Assembly: GCF_035285525.1 (NCBI RefSeq)
Contig: NZ_JAYKGW010000161.1
Span: 1-23,310 of the forward strand
Direction of reading: 5' to 3'
From: Okeania sp.
GTDB taxonomy: Bacteria; Cyanobacteriota; Cyanobacteriia; Cyanobacteriales; Microcoleaceae
Length of the DNA stretch: 23,310 bases
The notes under the pieces are model-generated. The model was not told where the DNA came from and did no database searches. It was given only the letters and a program-made list of their open reading frames with translations. Within the stretch, counting starts at the first letter, position 1; every line of letters starts with the position of its first letter. A program made the position numbers and the translations under genes. Shown here piece after piece: positions 22,148-23,310 of this stretch.

Positions 22148-23310
22148 TTGAATAAAGCCAACCAACTTAAAGCCATAGAATTATTTGCCGGAATAGGTGG
22201 TTTTTGTTTAGGAATGAAAGCTGCAAATATTAATACTATTTGGGCTAATGATATTAATGAACTTTGTTGTCAAGTTTATCAGAGTAATTTTGGTAGTAGT
22301 TCAATAGTATTAGGTGATATTAATCAAATTAATTTATCAGAAATTCCAGAACACGATATTTTAACTGCTGGTTTTCCCTGTCAACCATTCAGTCAAGCAG
22401 GTAAAAAAATGGGGATTAGAGATAAGTTAAGAGGCACAGTTTTTCAACGCATTGTCGAAATAATTCAAGCTAAAAAACCCCAATATTTTTTATTAGAAAA
22501 TGTCAAAAGAATTCTAACTATGGAAAAGGGGTATCATTTCCGAATAATTTTAAATTCTCTTGCCAGCTTAGATTATTTTATTGAATGGCGAATTATTAAT
22601 ACAATAAATTTTGGTATTCCCCAAAATAGAGATAGAATTTTTATTTTTGGCACTCGCATGATTAAATCAAAACACAAGATGCCTGATTTAGAAAAATTAT
22701 CTTTATTTTTAACAGATAATGACGTGGAAAGTTTATCCTGCCATGAAAATAGCGATATAGAAAAATCTATGGAATCTATTATTAATGGAAGTAGCAAAAA
22801 CTATAACTGGGGTATTTCCTATAAAAATAAAATGTATAGTCAACCTTTGCCTTTAATGTTTGACATCAAACCCAGAAAAAAACTTAAAGATATTCTACAA
22901 GATGAATCAGAAGTAAATCCACAATTTGATTTTACTGCGGACACTATTGAAAGAATTAAACAAAGTAAAATTGTCAATAGATATTGTAACGGTGTAGAAA
23001 TATTATATAACCAAGGTGGAGGAGCGCGTTTAGGGTATACAATATTTGGGATTAATGGCGTTACTTCCACATTAACTGCTTCTACTTCTAGACATTATGA
23101 AAGATATCAAGTTGGGAATAAATTTCGCCGTTTAACTAATATTGAATATGCTCGTTTAATGGGATTTCCCGATCATTGGTGTCGAGTTGCTAAAATTTAC
23201 AATCAATATGCTTTATATGGTAATTCAGTTGTACCAGATTGTGTAGAATGGATTTGTCGAAGAATTGGTAAACAAAATTTTAGATTTAAGCATCAAGCTT
23301 GGCAACAATT
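22148..23310 (+). CDS. DNA (cytosine-5)-methyltransferase (Dcm family), 3' end beyond the right window edge
   Basis: My own translation is open from the TTG at 22148 to the window end. An in-frame TAG lies 2 codons upstream, and the first ATG falls after motif I. Motifs: I ELFAGIGGF, IV GFPCQPFSQAG, VI LLENVKR, VIII NFGIPQNRDRIFIFG, IX-like RRLTNIEYARLMGFPDHW, X YGNSVVPDCVEWI. It is absent from the ORF track because it has no stop in the window. Confidence 0.92.
   Translation, partial: MNKANQLKAIELFAGIGGFCLGMKAANINTIWANDINELCCQVYQSNFGSSSIVLGDINQINLSEIPEHDILTAGFPCQPFSQAGKKMGIRDKLRGTVFQRIVEIIQAKKPQYFLLENVKRILTMEKGYHFRIILNSLASLDYFIEWRIINTINFGIPQNRDRIFIFGTRMIKSKHKMPDLEKLSLFLTDNDVESLSCHENSDIEKSMESIINGSSKNYNWGISYKNKMYSQPLPLMFDIKPRKKLKDILQDESEVNPQFDFTADTIERIKQSKIVNRYCNGVEILYNQGGGARLGYTIFGINGVTSTLTASTSRHYERYQVGNKFRRLTNIEYARLMGFPDHWCRVAKIYNQYALYGNSVVPDCVEWICRRIGKQNFRFKHQAWQQ

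Noticed and set aside
22573-23070. Minus-strand ORFs 22573..22797 and 22840..23070
   Set aside because: They are antisense to the methyltransferase gene, whose motifs are unambiguous.
1-23310. Scan by eye for tRNA, rRNA, tmRNA, RNase P RNA and group I/II intron signatures
   Set aside because: I found no T-loop GGTTCGAATCC-type sequences, rRNA-like conserved blocks or intron/RT features. A covariance-model search would be needed to exclude small ncRNAs.

Overview
This looks like a chromosomal segment from a filamentous, Nostocales-type cyanobacterium. The evidence is 17 copies of the HIP1 octamer GCGATCGC (my count by eye), STRR-like heptamer and octamer tracts, AT-rich codon usage and the gene content. 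I can support 15 protein-coding genes. Two run off the window edges and so are missing from the supplied ORF track: a giant RTX/cadherin-like exoprotein (1..1961, minus) and a C5 DNA cytosine methyltransferase with a TTG start (22148..23310, plus). The others are a Uma2-like remnant, RsmB, a PQQ-dependent sugar dehydrogenase, and a co-directional minus-strand block. That block contains a DUF4212 small subunit, two paralogous Na+/solute symporters, a Tat-signal flavin amine oxidase and a signal-peptide RidA. The remaining genes are a small membrane protein, a lipoprotein PLD-type nuclease fused to a ComEA-like HhH domain, a 132-aa zinc-knuckle/RelE-like protein, a cysteine desulfurase and a prohibitin/SPFH protein. 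I saw no rRNA, tRNA, CRISPR array, transposase, integrase or reverse transcriptase. Nearly every intergenic spacer is filled with small non-autonomous repeats. The main family is bounded by AGGACTTACGCA...TGCGTAAGTCCT inverted termini and carries 5-7 bp flanking duplications. It distorts the ORF track by creating a false N-terminal extension on one symporter and a spurious 64-aa ORF, and it appears to reach the stop codon of the oxidase gene. The best candidates for new biology are the exported oxidase + exported RidA pair with its adjacent symporters, a 7 x 25 bp spacer-less tandem array upstream of the oxidase, the PLD/EF-hand/ComEA lipoprotein, and the divergently transcribed RelE-like gene bracketed by AT-rich direct repeats. 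None is a demonstrable new system from sequence alone. All functional calls rest on motif recognition by eye, not on database searches.
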